This document shows positions 63,545 to 64,000 of a stretch of 64,000 nucleotides of DNA, piece after piece. Numbering within the stretch: position 1 is the stretch's first letter; every line of letters begins with the position of its first letter. The notes under the pieces are model-generated. The model saw only the letters and a program-made list of their open reading frames with translations. It did not search any database and was not told the DNA's origin. Origin of the DNA: Chloroflexota bacterium. GTDB taxonomy: Bacteria; Chloroflexota; Dehalococcoidia; Lucifugimonadales; Australimonadaceae. The stretch is from the NCBI GenBank assembly GCA_022561985.1, contig JADFQE010000002.1, positions 697 to 64,696 of the forward strand, read 5' to 3'. A program made the translations under genes and the position numbers.

Positions 63545-64000
63545 CTAGGTATCCCGCACGTTGGTCGGGCCGACCACCCCGGTGCAGGAGGAGACGAACG
63601 CCTTCATGCGGCAGGGCACCCCGAGCTTCTTGAGGTCGGCCTCGAACATCTCGTGGACCTCTGCGACTTCGTCCTCGTACTCGATCTGCCAGCCACCCTC
63701 GCTGATGCTCACGTCCGAGCCGGTGGTGGTGCTGCTCGGCGTTCCGATCCCCTGGCGCAGCGCGAGGTAGCGGGCGCGCTCGGAACCGGTGTTGAAGTGC
63801 TGGTGGTAGGTCGCGTCGGCGGGGACGATGACCATGCTGCCCACCTTCCAGTCCGCCCGGCGTATGTCCGAACGGTCCTCTTTGTTCCAGAGGAGTGAGA
63901 AGCCGGCGCCGCTGAGGATGAGCAGGTGCGCGCCGGGGCCATGCCGGTGGGCCTTCTTGTAGGTGCCCACGGGGAACTCGGAGATGTGCGCCCCCGTGAC
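63545..64000 (-). CDS. Bicupin protein, paralog P5, C-terminal part (5' end outside window; closest to P2)
   Basis: It contains ..YKKAHRHGPGAHLLILSGAGF.., ATYHQHFN and IEYEDEVAEVHEMFEADLKKLG. The frame stays open to base 64000. Confidence 0.75.
   Translation of the reverse strand, partial: VTGAHISEFPVGTYKKAHRHGPGAHLLILSGAGFSLLWNKEDRSDIRRADWKVGSMVIVPADATYHQHFNTGSERARYLALRQGIGTPSSTTTGSDVSISEGGWQIEYEDEVAEVHEMFEADLKKLGVPCRMKAFVSSCTGVVGPTNVRDT

Noticed and set aside
1-64000. A genomic island or mobile element delimiting the catabolic cluster.
   Set aside because: I could recognise no integrase, transposase, tRNA attachment site, phage genes or flanking long direct repeats. Composition looks uniform by eye.

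Overview
This is a very GC-rich bacterial segment (roughly two-thirds G+C by eye) that is densely coding, with about 57 genes and no rRNA, tRNA, CRISPR, transposase or integrase that I can recognise. The many long Arg/Ala/Pro-rich ORFs antisense to recognisable genes are GC artefacts.

Content is dominated by aromatic-acid-catabolism-type enzymes present as paralog families:
- five ~390-aa bicupins (3233, 27553, 41241, 45881, 63545)
- five amidohydrolase-2 (ACMSD/LigW-type) proteins (10234, 29084, 30417, 37448, 44629)
- two ~400-aa Gfo/Idh/MocA dehydrogenases of the phthalate-dihydrodiol-dehydrogenase type
- two class II aldolases, two VOC proteins, three single cupins and two SDRs
- a phthalate-family Rieske oxygenase, a 4,5-dihydroxyphthalate-decarboxylase-like protein, a TPP enzyme and a dienelactone hydrolase

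Other genes:
- CoxM/CoxL-like molybdoenzyme subunits
- an intact ABC importer, plus a decayed second copy (permease stub and frameshifted ATPase)
- a four-gene ABC-2 exporter operon, a MATE and two MFS transporters
- a secreted S8 protease, an orphan EutA-like ATPase and a PAS hybrid histidine kinase
- a frameshifted ELWxxDGT/RTX-like surface protein

The most interesting item is absent from the ORF track. It is a 73-codon HMA (CopZ-like) gene on the minus strand (49195-49416). Both cysteines of its CxxC metal site are encoded by in-frame TGA, and a SECIS-like hairpin follows, so it is a candidate UxxU selenoprotein.

Two intergenic repeat families also recur. One is 84-109 bp tandem units. 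The other is a stop-codon-associated hairpin.
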